Below, piece by piece: positions 34,303-46,062 of a stretch of DNA of 64,000 nt. Both the position numbers and the translations under genes were made by a program. The notes under the pieces are model-generated. The model worked only from the letters and a program-made list of their open reading frames with translations, did no database searches and was not told the origin of the DNA. This DNA is from Histomonas meleagridis 2922-C6/04-290x (lineage: Eukaryota > Protista > Parabasalia), in contig JAANOX010000269.1 of NCBI GenBank assembly GCA_020184695.1, positions 248,001-312,000 of the forward strand, read 5' to 3'. Each line of letters begins with the position of its first letter. Within the stretch, counting starts at the first letter, position 1.

Positions 34303-35649
34303 TCATTTGATACTTTCGATCTCTTCGATGTTCAAACATTTCTTGAGTGATTCAATGAATTCTTGAGCGCAATCCTTATATTCAAATGGTGCCTTTTGCC
34401 CTATATATTGAGTAATTATTGCATGATTTTCATTATCAGTATTCTTCGGAAGTCCATTTTTACAATTGCTGTAATCTAATAGGATATATGCGTTCTCTTC
34501 ATCACCTTCAGGTATCTTAGAGTATATAGGAAGCATTACTAACTCATCATTTCTTTCAGTAACTTTAAATGGAATTGTTTTTGTCTTACTGAAATAGCAT
34601 GATGCGGTCTTTGATGTGCCCATAATTTCAGCTAATTGCATTAGCTGCGCTACAAATTTCGGGTTTGGGCTTGAAATCCTTCTTTTAGAACGAACCGTAT
34701 CGTAAGCGGTTTTGTAGTCAATTTCGTTGGTAACGATCAAGTAGCCGATACAAACCGCTGCTGATCGAGAAACTCCTTCAACACAATGAAGAAGAACTTT
34801 ACCGCCTTCTTTAATTGCATCGTTAATAAAATTAGTGATTCTGAAAATATGCGATAATATATTTTCATTACCACCATCAAACATAGGAATATCAAGATGA
34901 ATAAAGTTTGGTAATGATTTTATTACTTGTGATGCACAATTAACAATATGAGTGATCCCAGCGTGGTTAAGTAGGGCCTCGTTTTGTGATGTTGTTTGGG
35001 AGCCTATAAAAATGTTATCTGTTACTTGACTAAGATAGTCTCTCCATCGAGCTAATTTGTCTTGCTTCCCCCAATGTAGTTTTGTACACGTGTCTTGAGA
35101 ACAACAGAGTAAGGCTGGACATGGGTTTATTGGCAAAAATGATGATGGAAAAAATGGTGGAGGAGTAATAGAATAACGTAAAGAAAACTGTGAAAGAGGT
35201 GGAAATAAATCAAACAGATTTTGGACAGGAAATGTTTTTTTCCCGATAATAGGACGAAGATTTAAAACTTGTATTAAAGAAATACAACGCGCTCGAGATA
35301 AACAATTAGATTCCTTTCCTGTAAGGATAAAGCAAAATCCCTTTTCATTGTTTAAATTGATAGGATGCAAAAATCCATCTTCATTAAACGAATTTTTAAA
35401 TTCATCAATAGGAAAATCACTTGGTTGTAATGCAAGTGAATCACAATTTACAGGTGTTGGAGAGAAAACAGCTAGTAATGATATTTTCTTCAATTTATTT
35501 GAAATTTCAAATAAAGATGAAAAAGAAAGAGATTTAACTGAAGAACGAATTTGATTTTGTGAGACAGGCCAGAGCGATAGGCTAATTTTATTTCCCTTCG
35601 GTTGTTCATCTGAAGGCTGACCAAATTCGAAACCACTACTAAAAAACAT
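34303..35649 (-). CDS. Dual-specificity protein phosphatase
   Basis: SQVTDNIFIGS, GITHIVNCA, VLLHCVEGVSRS, SPNPKF; first ATG 35649. Confidence 0.92.
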   Translation of the reverse strand: MFFSSGFEFGQPSDEQPKGNKISLSLWPVSQNQIRSSVKSLSFSSLFEISNKLKKISLLAVFSPTPVNCDSLALQPSDFPIDEFKNSFNEDGFLHPINLNNEKGFCFILTGKESNCLSRARCISLIQVLNLRPIIGKKTFPVQNLFDLFPPLSQFSLRYSITPPPFFPSSFLPINPCPALLCCSQDTCTKLHWGKQDKLARWRDYLSQVTDNIFIGSQTTSQNEALLNHAGITHIVNCASQVIKSLPNFIHLDIPMFDGGNENILSHIFRITNFINDAIKEGGKVLLHCVEGVSRSAAVCIGYLIVTNEIDYKTAYDTVRSKRRISSPNPKFVAQLMQLAEIMGTSKTASCYFSKTKTIPFKVTERNDELVMLPIYSKIPEGDEENAYILLDYSNCKNGLPKNTDNENHAIITQYIGQKAPFEYKDCAQEFIESLKKCLNIEEIESIK

Positions 35650-36859
35650 TCTTTTCCAATATCGCTGATAAAAAGGGTGCCCCAAAAAGTTCAAATTTTT
35701 ATTCCTAAATTTTTATAACTAAGTGATAACTATATGCTTGATGATCATTGTTATTATTATCTAATGTTTTTGAAAGATTTAGTAAGTATTAACTCAAAAT
35801 TATGAAGGATTTAATTATGATAATGAAAAATCTTGAAGTAAAAAATATGTACGACTTCCACGCAAACGGTTTTTATAAGGGAATTAAGCTTTTAAGCTTT
35901 TATTCTTCTTTTTAGAGTCATTTTTAGAGATTATTGTTCAAGGATGTTTGGACGTTTTTGTGCAGTAAGTCGAAATGTTGCTGAAATTAACGGTCGATAT
36001 ATCACCACTTTTTTCATAGTTTACATATAACTAACAAAATATTGAACGATTAAAATTTATTAAAAAAGTCGATGAGTCAAAATATTTTTGATCTTTTTCA
36101 ATACTTTATATTCAATGTAATCCATTCAATTCTTTTACATCGATGTCACTTTTACGATAGAAATACGATAGAGTTTTTTGAACATTTTCAAAAAACTCTA
36201 TCGTATTTTAATCATTGGCCCGTACCAGATGCTGGGGCAACATATCTATCTTTTTTAAAATTATCATAATTCTTCTTCTGCCTCGAAAAATTTAAAAATT
36301 ATATATTTAACCAAGAATTGTACTTGATATTAAGCAACTTTATCTATTTGTATATATATGGATTTGTCACTTTTATTTTGAAATAAATGTATTTTAAAAT
36401 TTTTTTCGAAGTCGCTCCATACATATCAAATATACCAGCACTCCGGGTCATTTGTTATTGTTTTTGATATACAAAATTTGTTCATTTGTTAATTTTGAAA
36501 TTTTTATCTCCCCACTCAGTTTGTTTCAACATCACTTTTCTGTAAAGTAACCAATGAAATTAAATACTTTACTTGATTTAAACACGATAGAGGACGTTAA
36601 AAACAATTACAGCCACCTCAAAATATTTTGACGTATTCGACTTTTTGAATTAATAAAGTTTTGAAAATTGGTGACCGTTTATTGACCGTTAATTTCAGCA
36701 ACATATCGACTTACAACAGTTTGGACGTTTTTGGTGGGTTCTCAAAAATTTCAATTGAGCAAAAACTCGTTATGACAAAACTGTATGATCATCATTCAAA
36801 ACCCCAAGTTTTGATAGCTTTATACCAAATTTCACCCTCAGAGGTAACAAGTTATTTCG

Positions 36860-39800
36860 ATGAAAAAAACAGTTGAAGAATCTGGAACACAAGGCACCAA
36901 CAAATCAAACTCTAACCGCATGTCATGTTCCAGTGTGGACAACAATGCATCGAAATCAAAAGCATTTGAATCAGTATTAATTCAACTAATCACAGAATCA
37001 AATCGAACAACAAGTATTCCTCAAGCCCTTGGTATCATTTGGTTTCTTTTTTCATCACTTCAGCTTGTAATTGCTTCGTATTTTATTTTTCGCGATGGCT
37101 TTGAAATGGGTTCATTTATGCGTATTTTATCAAGTGTCCTTTATTTTGGCTTTGATAACAATACATCTAACTGGATATTTGCACTTATTCCACCAATTAT
37201 CAATCTTCTCACATTTTTAATAACCTTTGTCATGTATGTTGACTTCAATATCAATCATGAATACCGTCGTGTATTTATGTGGATCTTTCGTTATTGGCAT
37301 GGTGCCTATTATCATATCTTTTCATCACCCTCTATTATTTCATTAGGCTTTTCCCTTAAGATTTATACTGAAAATCCCAATGGCCCCAAAGGAATTCTTC
37401 TTCTTGTCAACATTTTTAGCATTGCATATCTTTGTTATCATTTTTACAACCTTACATTACCCATTTTTTCAAGTCCATATCTCCACAATCATTATTTCTT
37501 TATTTGGATGCCGCATTCTGTTTTTAATCTTGTATTAATTGTCGGCGTTCCAAATGCATTTTCAGTTTTTGCAATTCGTAGTACAGGCTGGATGTTTTAT
37601 ATATCATATCTCATCTTAATAGGCGCATCCGTTCTTATGTTTTATCAATTTTTATATGATAATTTTTCACGTATTTTTTCTGCTGCATTATTACTGACGT
37701 TACCAGTTTGGTGTATTTTTAATGGTATTATTTCATTTTGTTCAATTTTTATACCGATTAATCTTTACATATATTATTTTGTTCCATTTGGCTTAGCGAT
37801 TATTGTTTCTATCATTCTTAAGATAATATTAACACGAAGAGAAGATCGAATCGCTAAAGAACTTACAACAGATATTGAAATGAATGAAGAAGAGAAGAAA
37901 GAATATTTTGATAATTTAGGAATTAATGAAAGAAACATATTCTTATATATGCAAATTGGTATACAAAGAGAATGTTCATTGTTTCTTGATTGGTCACTTT
38001 CTAATTATGCATGTAAACGATTTCCACAAAATCAATCAGTGTTAGTCTTATCAACATGGATGGTATCATTTTTCCCATCTGAATCATACACATTTAATAA
38101 GATGTTAGATTGTTGTAGTAAAATATTGGATCCAAGTTTATATACCAAATGTATGTATTATCAATTACATCGCGCACATTTATTTAGACAAAGTTCAGCA
38201 TCCAATGAAATTAACAAGGATTTTTCAAAGATATCACAAATGTCAAATTGGTTAATATCGAACATGAGTAACTTTTGGAAAACAATTTATAGTGATCCAG
38301 AAGATATAAATGAATCGATTTGTAGTGAAATTAATGAGATTAAAAAACAAGTTGATCAACAATGGATCGAAATTAATGATAAATATCCGAATAATGCACG
38401 ATTTGCATTAGAATATTCACGTTATTTAATCGAAGGGAAAAGTTGTTTTAAAGAAGGACTTATATGGCATAAGAAATCACTTTTATTAGAAAGTGGTAAA
38501 CGATTTGAAAATGATAAATTATTTAGATGTTTCTTATTACAATTCCCTTATTACTTAAAGCATAAAGTTGTTGACTTTAATGGGAATTTATTAAACAAAA
38601 GAAACTTAAAAATGAATACTGAAACAACTACAATATCAACAAATTCAAGTTTCGATACTGATTCAGATATATTTATTAATGAAGAAGAAGATAGAGAATA
38701 TTTACCATTAATAGATCTTCGATTAGCATTACAAAATTCCGTTTCTATTATGTCAAGTGCTACAGGTAAAATATTAATATCAGTTATATTATCATTAATA
38801 GTTTTATTAGCAGTAAGTATAGCACAATTTTGTTTTATTTCTTATTCATTTAAATCTACAAATGATTTTATATCTGTTTTAGAAGATTTTGATTCGATAT
38901 TTCATTCATATGATATAACTTCTAATAGTAATATTTGGTTATCTATTATGTCATCTGAAGAAGTTAATAATAATATTGATATAATATCTAATGAATTATC
39001 ATCAAGATTATTAAATTGGTTTGATGATACATTAAATAATGCAAGTTTAAATGTATTAGCTAATTCAAATGAAGGTATTATTAACATTGATACATTTTCA
39101 TCTTTTCTTTATAATGTACATGCTGAAAGTGCACGTTTAACATCATTTAGTTCAGTATTTTCGAAAGAATTATTTTCGACACATAAATGTGTATATAATA
39201 ATGATTTATTAGAAGAAGAAGTTGAAAATAATGAAATATCACTTGATTATCTTTTAAGGTCATTTTTCCAATTATCTACGGAATTAATTAATTATCCAAA
39301 GAATGATATCTTTTCATGGTTAAACTCACCTGATTTTTGTACATTATATATGCAACAATTCGAAATTCAAGAAGCTTTGTTCCATTCATTAGGACATTTT
39401 ACTATAACTTATAAAACTTATTTTGATAATGATACTGATGATGATTATAATTTCTCTGATGATGATGATTATTCTTATAGAGAAACTATGTTTACATTTT
39501 TAGGTTCATTTATACCTTTTGTAATCTTTTTAGTAAGTGTACCAGTATATATATCTACAACTTATTTCCCTGCTAAACAACTTCATAGTTCATTAAAATT
39601 ATTATTTTCAGTATCTAAAGACGATTCATTAGCAGCTTCTAAACAAATATTAAGTAATGATGACTCGAAAAGTAATAATAATTCAACGTTTTCTAAAATT
39701 AACAAATTTTCATTTTATAGTATATTAATAGTTTTAGGAGTTATAATATTATTTGTCTTATTAATAATATTACCAATTCATTCTACAATGCATAATAATG

Positions 39801-41626
39801 ATTTATATGTATTTATCGATTATTTTATAATGATGATAGCACATCGAAATTTATTATATGCTATAGGTAGAGATACATCATATTATATATTTATTAATAA
39901 TATAAAGAAAATTGATTATAATGATAATACTAAAAATAAAATATTCCAAAATGCAATTAATGTTTATTCCAATTTCTTAAGACAACATATATTAAATATA
40001 TTATATCAATATAATGAAATGGCGCCAATTATAGACTTCCAAACTTTAACTACATCTACATCGAATTTTAAAGAAAATAATAATATATTACAAAACACAA
40101 AACTTTGTGATCCTGATCCTACATTAGGAGATGAGACAGAATATTATAGTTGTATCTCATTTAATCGTTTAGTTAATTATTATATTGGTAAAATTAAAAG
40201 TGCGTTAGCAATATATCAAAACATTACAGCAACAGAAAGTTTTATATATCAAATTGGACATATATTAGATTCACGTTTTAATGAAAGTTTCCATGAAATT
40301 TCAACATTATACATATCAAACATTGAAAGTCTTAAAGTCAGTTTCTTTATTATTAATTTGATCATATTTTTAATATCGATTATTATCATTATCTTTATGT
40401 TTTTATTAGAATATCAATCAATTAATAAAGCGAATGAACAATTTGATATATTTAAAGCATTATTAATGCGATTAAATCCTTTATCTATAGTATCTAATCC
40501 TTTATTATTATCATTAGTTTATGGTACTAAAAATCGTAACAAACAAAAGATTAGTAGTTCTTCACATGCTATGTTTCAAACTTCTCAAGATGCGATGATC
40601 TTATTTAATGATGAATGTATAATCGAAAACTTAAATCCAGCAGTGACTGAAATATTTGGTTTTACTCCTGAACAAATCCTTGGACAACATATTAAATCAT
40701 TAATTGATACTGAAAATAATTCACAACTATTTTATGTGATTAATTTAATGTTAAGTGGACAAACAAAATTAATGTATGAAACTCAAGCTATAGGTACTAA
40801 AGATGATTCATCTAAAATACATTTACAAGTTACTTTAGTCGGGTTTACTCAAAATGAACGTAACGCTTCAAGTTTCGCAATATTATGTAAAGATATGACA
40901 ACTGAAATAGAACAAAAGAATGCTGTCGAAGAAGCTAAAAAGAAATCAGATGAAATTTTAAACCAAATATTACCAAAGGATATCATCATTAGATTAAATA
41001 GAGGTGAAAAAAATATTTCATTTACTGTACCTTGTGCAACTGTTATGTTTTTGGATATCGAAAAATTCTCAAAATATACTTCGACTTTAACTGCAAAAGA
41101 AATTATGCAAAACTTAAGCCGAATATTTACGGAATTCGATACCATTTTGGGTGGTGAAGAATTTAACTTAATTACAAAAATTAAATTAATCGGTGATGAC
41201 TATATGGCTGCTGCTGGATTGTTTAACCCTGACGTAGATAAGTCATTGCATGCAATACAATCCGTAAACTTCGCAATTAAGGCTTTGGAAGCTGTGGAAA
41301 ATTTGAACATAGTATTGAACGCAAACTTACAATTAAGAGTTGGCGTGAATACGGATGGGCCTTTGATCGCAGGCGTGCTTGGCGTGGATAAGCCTTTGTT
41401 CGATATTATCGGAGATACAATTAATGTGGCCGCTAGATTGCAAAGTACAGATATCCCAAGCTTGATACAGGTGTCAGAAGGTACTTATAATTGTATTGCA
41501 AATCAAAAGTTTTATATAACACAAAGAGGTGAAATAGAACTAAAAGGTAAAGGTAAAAGAATGACATACTTGGTGCACCCCGAAGAAACAAGACAATTAA
41601 GAAAAAATGAAATAAGTAATGTATGA
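36860..41626 (+). CDS. Transmembrane adenylyl cyclase (class III) with PAS domain
   Basis: Multiple TM blocks, PAS (NPAVTEIFGFTPEQILG), FLDIEKFS, KIKLIGDDYM, FDIIGDTINVAARL. K/D pair indicates ATP specificity. Confidence 0.93.
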   Translation: MKKTVEESGTQGTNKSNSNRMSCSSVDNNASKSKAFESVLIQLITESNRTTSIPQALGIIWFLFSSLQLVIASYFIFRDGFEMGSFMRILSSVLYFGFDNNTSNWIFALIPPIINLLTFLITFVMYVDFNINHEYRRVFMWIFRYWHGAYYHIFSSPSIISLGFSLKIYTENPNGPKGILLLVNIFSIAYLCYHFYNLTLPIFSSPYLHNHYFFIWMPHSVFNLVLIVGVPNAFSVFAIRSTGWMFYISYLILIGASVLMFYQFLYDNFSRIFSAALLLTLPVWCIFNGIISFCSIFIPINLYIYYFVPFGLAIIVSIILKIILTRREDRIAKELTTDIEMNEEEKKEYFDNLGINERNIFLYMQIGIQRECSLFLDWSLSNYACKRFPQNQSVLVLSTWMVSFFPSESYTFNKMLDCCSKILDPSLYTKCMYYQLHRAHLFRQSSASNEINKDFSKISQMSNWLISNMSNFWKTIYSDPEDINESICSEINEIKKQVDQQWIEINDKYPNNARFALEYSRYLIEGKSCFKEGLIWHKKSLLLESGKRFENDKLFRCFLLQFPYYLKHKVVDFNGNLLNKRNLKMNTETTTISTNSSFDTDSDIFINEEEDREYLPLIDLRLALQNSVSIMSSATGKILISVILSLIVLLAVSIAQFCFISYSFKSTNDFISVLEDFDSIFHSYDITSNSNIWLSIMSSEEVNNNIDIISNELSSRLLNWFDDTLNNASLNVLANSNEGIINIDTFSSFLYNVHAESARLTSFSSVFSKELFSTHKCVYNNDLLEEEVENNEISLDYLLRSFFQLSTELINYPKNDIFSWLNSPDFCTLYMQQFEIQEALFHSLGHFTITYKTYFDNDTDDDYNFSDDDDYSYRETMFTFLGSFIPFVIFLVSVPVYISTTYFPAKQLHSSLKLLFSVSKDDSLAASKQILSNDDSKSNNNSTFSKINKFSFYSILIVLGVIILFVLLIILPIHSTMHNNDLYVFIDYFIMMIAHRNLLYAIGRDTSYYIFINNIKKIDYNDNTKNKIFQNAINVYSNFLRQHILNILYQYNEMAPIIDFQTLTTSTSNFKENNNILQNTKLCDPDPTLGDETEYYSCISFNRLVNYYIGKIKSALAIYQNITATESFIYQIGHILDSRFNESFHEISTLYISNIESLKVSFFIINLIIFLISIIIIIFMFLLEYQSINKANEQFDIFKALLMRLNPLSIVSNPLLLSLVYGTKNRNKQKISSSSHAMFQTSQDAMILFNDECIIENLNPAVTEIFGFTPEQILGQHIKSLIDTENNSQLFYVINLMLSGQTKLMYETQAIGTKDDSSKIHLQVTLVGFTQNERNASSFAILCKDMTTEIEQKNAVEEAKKKSDEILNQILPKDIIIRLNRGEKNISFTVPCATVMFLDIEKFSKYTSTLTAKEIMQNLSRIFTEFDTILGGEEFNLITKIKLIGDDYMAAAGLFNPDVDKSLHAIQSVNFAIKALEAVENLNIVLNANLQLRVGVNTDGPLIAGVLGVDKPLFDIIGDTINVAARLQSTDIPSLIQVSEGTYNCIANQKFYITQRGEIELKGKGKRMTYLVHPEETRQLRKNEISNV

Positions 41627-41893
41627 AAAAAATAAAAAATAATTTAAACATTTTTAAGGTTAATCAACAATTAAATTTTATCGAACCTAAAAAAATTAAA
41701 TGTTTGATCAAATTAATTTTAAAATTCTCATTCGCTTAAATAATTATTAATTGCTTTTTCCTTTAAAAAAGTAATTAAACTACTTATCAATATGACAAAA
41801 TTGATATTATGCCTTTTTGAACTCTTTGATAATAATTCAAAACAAAAATAAAAAAACGTTAAGCAGTCAAATATTTTTACTGTTATTGTGAAA

Positions 41894-42325
41894 ATGAATT
41901 CGGAGTTTATGTTGGCTTCAAGAGATATTTCAAGAGATGATGATGACGATATCCCAATAGATGATAGTGATGATGAATATAAAAGTAGATCTGAAACTGT
42001 GGAAAAAATGATTTCTGAAATGACGGAAGAAGAAAGAACAAGATATAACATATTTCAATCACAGACTTGTAGATTCCCGAAAAATAAAGTTAAGAGCTTA
42101 ATGCAAAATGCTGTACCTGGTGTTCAAGTTCAAAATAAAGCAGTCACAGTCGCATCATTCGCTGTTCGTTTATTTTCAGCAGAATTGATTGAGCTTGCAC
42201 GTGAAATTAGTGGAAATGAAGAACCTTTAACACCTGATCTTATAATGATAGCATTAAATGAAATAATTGACAAAGGAACCATTCCAGGATTAGGTCCAGG
42301 AACAAAAAAATCTCAAGTATTTTAA
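41894..42325 (+). CDS. TAF11: TFIID subunit TAF11-like histone-fold protein
   Basis: MTEEERTRYNIF...FPKNKVKSLM...AVRLFSAELIELA...EPLTP. Confidence 0.8.
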   Translation: MNSEFMLASRDISRDDDDDIPIDDSDDEYKSRSETVEKMISEMTEEERTRYNIFQSQTCRFPKNKVKSLMQNAVPGVQVQNKAVTVASFAVRLFSAELIELAREISGNEEPLTPDLIMIALNEIIDKGTIPGLGPGTKKSQVF

Positions 42326-42559
42326 AGCACTTCATTGTTTTTGTCATAAAAATTATAATATTTTTGCATTACTTTTTTTAAATGATTGACCAGTGATGCA
42401 AATGTTTAAATTTTTATTAAAAAAAAAGTATTAAACATATTAGCAAATATATCAAATTTTTTATGGAAAACACATTAATTTGGTGAAAGATGATTTTTTG
42501 AGGCTTTTTTGTCCCTTCAAGAATCTTGCCAATTTGATTCATCTAAAGCTATTGGGTGT

Positions 42560-42887
42560 CTCTAAGTATATAGAGGTTATATCAGGCGACGAAGAAGACC
42601 TCCAAGCAAATATAGAGGAATATGGACCTGCTTGTGTTGCTATTGATGCTTCACACTGGAGTTTCCAACTTTATACCAGTGGAATTTATGATGAACCAAG
42701 ATGCTCATCTACAGCACTTGACCATTGTGTTGGATGCGTTGGATTTGGTGTCGAAGGTACTACTAATTATTGGATTGTTCGTGACTCTTGGGGAGAATCA
42801 TGGGGTGAAGACGGATATATCCGTATGATCAAGAACAAGAACAACCAATGTGGTATTGAGACTGATGCTGTTATCCCAATTGCTTAA
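42560..42887 (+). pseudogene. 5'-truncated cathepsin L-like (C1A) cysteine protease fragment
   Basis: GPACVAIDAS, LDHCVGCVG, WIVRDSWG, GYIRM, NQCGI. No propeptide or catalytic-Cys half upstream. Confidence 0.85.
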
Positions 42888-42958
42888 AAAATTTATGAAA
42901 CTTTTGTTTTGTACTGATGTAAAATATTCAAATTCAGCGGTTTCGACAGCTTCCAAAA

Positions 42959-44875
42959 ATGCATCCAAACATTATTCCTGCACCTTTACATCTGGAAGTT
43001 GGAAACGGAGAATGGATATTAACCTCAAACGCAGTAATTATGTATGATTCTTCTGTAGAAGGGTTATTCTTTATTTCAAATTATCTTGCTAATTTTATCA
43101 GAAAATCTACAGCTATCTCTATTAAAGTTTCAAACGTCATCAACTCAAATGGAATTGTTCTCAAAAAATCAGTTGGGTTTGGAAAAGAAGAATATTCACT
43201 CATAGTTGATACAGAAGGTGTTAAAATTTCTGCTTCAGAATATAACGGATTCTTTTATGGAGTTCAAACGCTATTACAACTTTTCCCAGTTGAAATTTTT
43301 AGCAGAGCTTATACTCCAAATATAAAATGGAGTGTTCCATTTATCAAAATATCTGATAAGCCAAGATTAGAATGGCGTGGGTTTTTATTAGATTGTAGTC
43401 GTCATTTCTTTGATGTCAGTACAATTAAACATGTGTTAGATACAATGGCTCTTCATAAAATTAATGTATTCCATTGGCATCTTGTTGATGACCAATCATG
43501 GAGAATTGAAATTAAAAAATATCCACTTTTAACACAGAAAGGAGCGCTTACTGACGAGCTTCCAATTCCATGGCATCGACTTGAATATGATGGAACTCCA
43601 TATGGACCATATTATTACACACAAGAAGAAATCAAAGAAGTTGTTGCTTATGCTAAATCATTAGCTATCACAGTTGTCCCTGAGATCGAAATGCCTGGTC
43701 ATGCAGTGGCTGCTCTTTCGGGGTACCCCGAATTTTCTTGTAAAGGTGACACTTTTCGCCCGTTAACGTATTGGGGTTGTTCACCAGACGCATTTTGTCC
43801 TGGAAATGATGGAACAATTAAATTCTTGGAAGACATATTAGATGAAGTAATGGAACTTTTTGATTCAAAGTTTATACATTGTGGTGGTGATGAATGTAGT
43901 AAATGTAGATGGGATGAATGTCCAAAATGTCAGAAAAGAATAAAGGATAAGGGATTAAAAAACACTGAAGAACTTCAATCATGGTTTGTTAACCAAATTG
44001 CTAATTATGTCGAATCAAAAGGAAGACATATGATAGGTTGGGATGAGATTATGCAAGGCGGCCTCCCAAAGGAAGCATCTGTAATGAGTTGGCAAGGAGT
44101 TGAAGGAGGAACTAAAGCTGCGCAACAAGGACATTATGTCGTAATGTCACCAAATCCGATTCTTTATGTTGATCATGGCCAGTTACCAGTTGCTGAAAAA
44201 TATGAATATATTGTTGATTATTCAAAAGGACAACTTAATAATTTATATAAAGTATATACATTCGAACCAACAAAAGGAATCCCTGAAGAATGTAAGAAAT
44301 ATATTATCGGAGCTCAATGTAATCTATTTGCTGAATATGTATGGGGAGGTAGAATGGATATCGATTACAAATATTTCCCACGTATGTGTGCTCTTTCTGA
44401 AGTATGTTGGTCGAAATTAGAAGATAGAAGTATGGAAAATTTCTTAGCAAAAATGTCACGTTCTCATAGTGAAAGGTTAGTTAGATATGGCATTAACATT
44501 GGTCCTATCACAGGGCATAAAAACATTTATTGGAATAATAATCACATCAAAGCCAATGTTTTCACATCACATGTCTGGAATATTAACGGTGGAATTGGAA
44601 TTCCTGCTTCATATCAAGCTGTGTTCATAATGAAAGCAGGAAATAATAATATTAAGGTGAGGAATGTTAAAATTTTATATGATGACGAAGTTGTCGCAAA
44701 TGATTTAAGCGAAAAATTGGTAACAGAAATAAATACACCATCATTTAACTTCGTTATAAAAGAAAATGCAGAAGGTCATAACGTAACAATTAGTGCTGAA
44801 TTATGTGGTATCGGTGGAAATGATTCATGTGGCGAGATACAGATTTACTATACAATGCCAAATGAGAATAAATAA
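42959..44875 (+). CDS. Beta-N-acetylhexosaminidase, glycoside hydrolase family 20
   Basis: DKPRLEWRGFLLDCSRHFF, FHWHLVDDQSWRIEI, PEIEMPGH, catalytic HCGGDE, GWDEI, YFPR. Confidence 0.95.
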   Translation: MHPNIIPAPLHLEVGNGEWILTSNAVIMYDSSVEGLFFISNYLANFIRKSTAISIKVSNVINSNGIVLKKSVGFGKEEYSLIVDTEGVKISASEYNGFFYGVQTLLQLFPVEIFSRAYTPNIKWSVPFIKISDKPRLEWRGFLLDCSRHFFDVSTIKHVLDTMALHKINVFHWHLVDDQSWRIEIKKYPLLTQKGALTDELPIPWHRLEYDGTPYGPYYYTQEEIKEVVAYAKSLAITVVPEIEMPGHAVAALSGYPEFSCKGDTFRPLTYWGCSPDAFCPGNDGTIKFLEDILDEVMELFDSKFIHCGGDECSKCRWDECPKCQKRIKDKGLKNTEELQSWFVNQIANYVESKGRHMIGWDEIMQGGLPKEASVMSWQGVEGGTKAAQQGHYVVMSPNPILYVDHGQLPVAEKYEYIVDYSKGQLNNLYKVYTFEPTKGIPEECKKYIIGAQCNLFAEYVWGGRMDIDYKYFPRMCALSEVCWSKLEDRSMENFLAKMSRSHSERLVRYGINIGPITGHKNIYWNNNHIKANVFTSHVWNINGGIGIPASYQAVFIMKAGNNNIKVRNVKILYDDEVVANDLSEKLVTEINTPSFNFVIKENAEGHNVTISAELCGIGGNDSCGEIQIYYTMPNENK

Positions 44876-46062
44876 TATCGACATTCATTTATACAAATAA
44901 AAAGTAAATTTTGTTTAAAAAAATCTTTTTATTGTACTAAATCTTTTCCAACATCTTAAGAAGTTTTAAAACATTTGAAATGTAACGAGCACTGCTTTTT
45001 TTCATATACAAATAATATGAGAAATATGTATTAGTACTAATTTTTAGAAATTTCTAAAAATGCAAATGTTTTGTTTTGCTTTCTAAACAAATTACCATTT
45101 CATAAAATTGTAAAAGCAAACTTGCTTTCACTTTGAATCGCAGATAAAGTTCAACCAACGATTTTGTTAATCGTTTTGTTTGATAAACAGAATGAATATG
45201 TCCATTTAAAAAATCAAGAGAAAATAAAAAATAAAATATAAAAAATATTTTTACTGAAAATATTTTTTTATTAAATGTTTTAATATTTCTTTAACATCTG
45301 AGATTATAAATTGGAGACAGCGATTATAACAAGAGTGTCTTCTTAAGTAAGAGGTATTGGATCATACTGAATTTTATAAATAACAAAAAGGGCAAAAATT
45401 AGATACATTGTCTTAAATATAGATGAGGATACCATAAAACTAATTATACTGTTCATATTCAAGCTTTATATGTAATCAAAAACAATGTAAACCAAGTAGA
45501 TGAATCATTATTTGGTAAAAATTATCAAAACACATAAATTAAGATCTATTTCAACTTCAAAGTTGAAAATTCGAAAATAAATATAAAAACATATTTTTTT
45601 CATTGAGACCAAATTTATGGTTTGACTTGTTTGCTCTTATGTTTACTGGCTGTCTTATTGGTGATTTTTGTAATATGGATAGTACAAAATTAAATTTATT
45701 CATAATAATCTTTTGAGACAAGCTAATTCAATATGTAATTTGTTTTAATATTCTTTCAAACAATTTTGTTAACATTGGTTTTAATTTTACAGAGCTTTAA
45801 GTTGAAATAACCCATTTTGCAGTTAATCACATCAATTATGTGAAGTGAAGTGTTTTATCATAGAAAAAGTCATGTAAAATTTTGATTTTTTACTTCACTC
45901 GGCTTCATTAAACTGTCACATTCATTTTTCTATACCATGGTCCATGTTTAACAGTTAAACAACAAACAATGCATTGAATTCATTGTTTACTTTGTATGAT
46001 TTGAATATATTTAATGAAAAATCTCTTAAAATAATATTAACAAATTTTCTCACCTCATTTTC

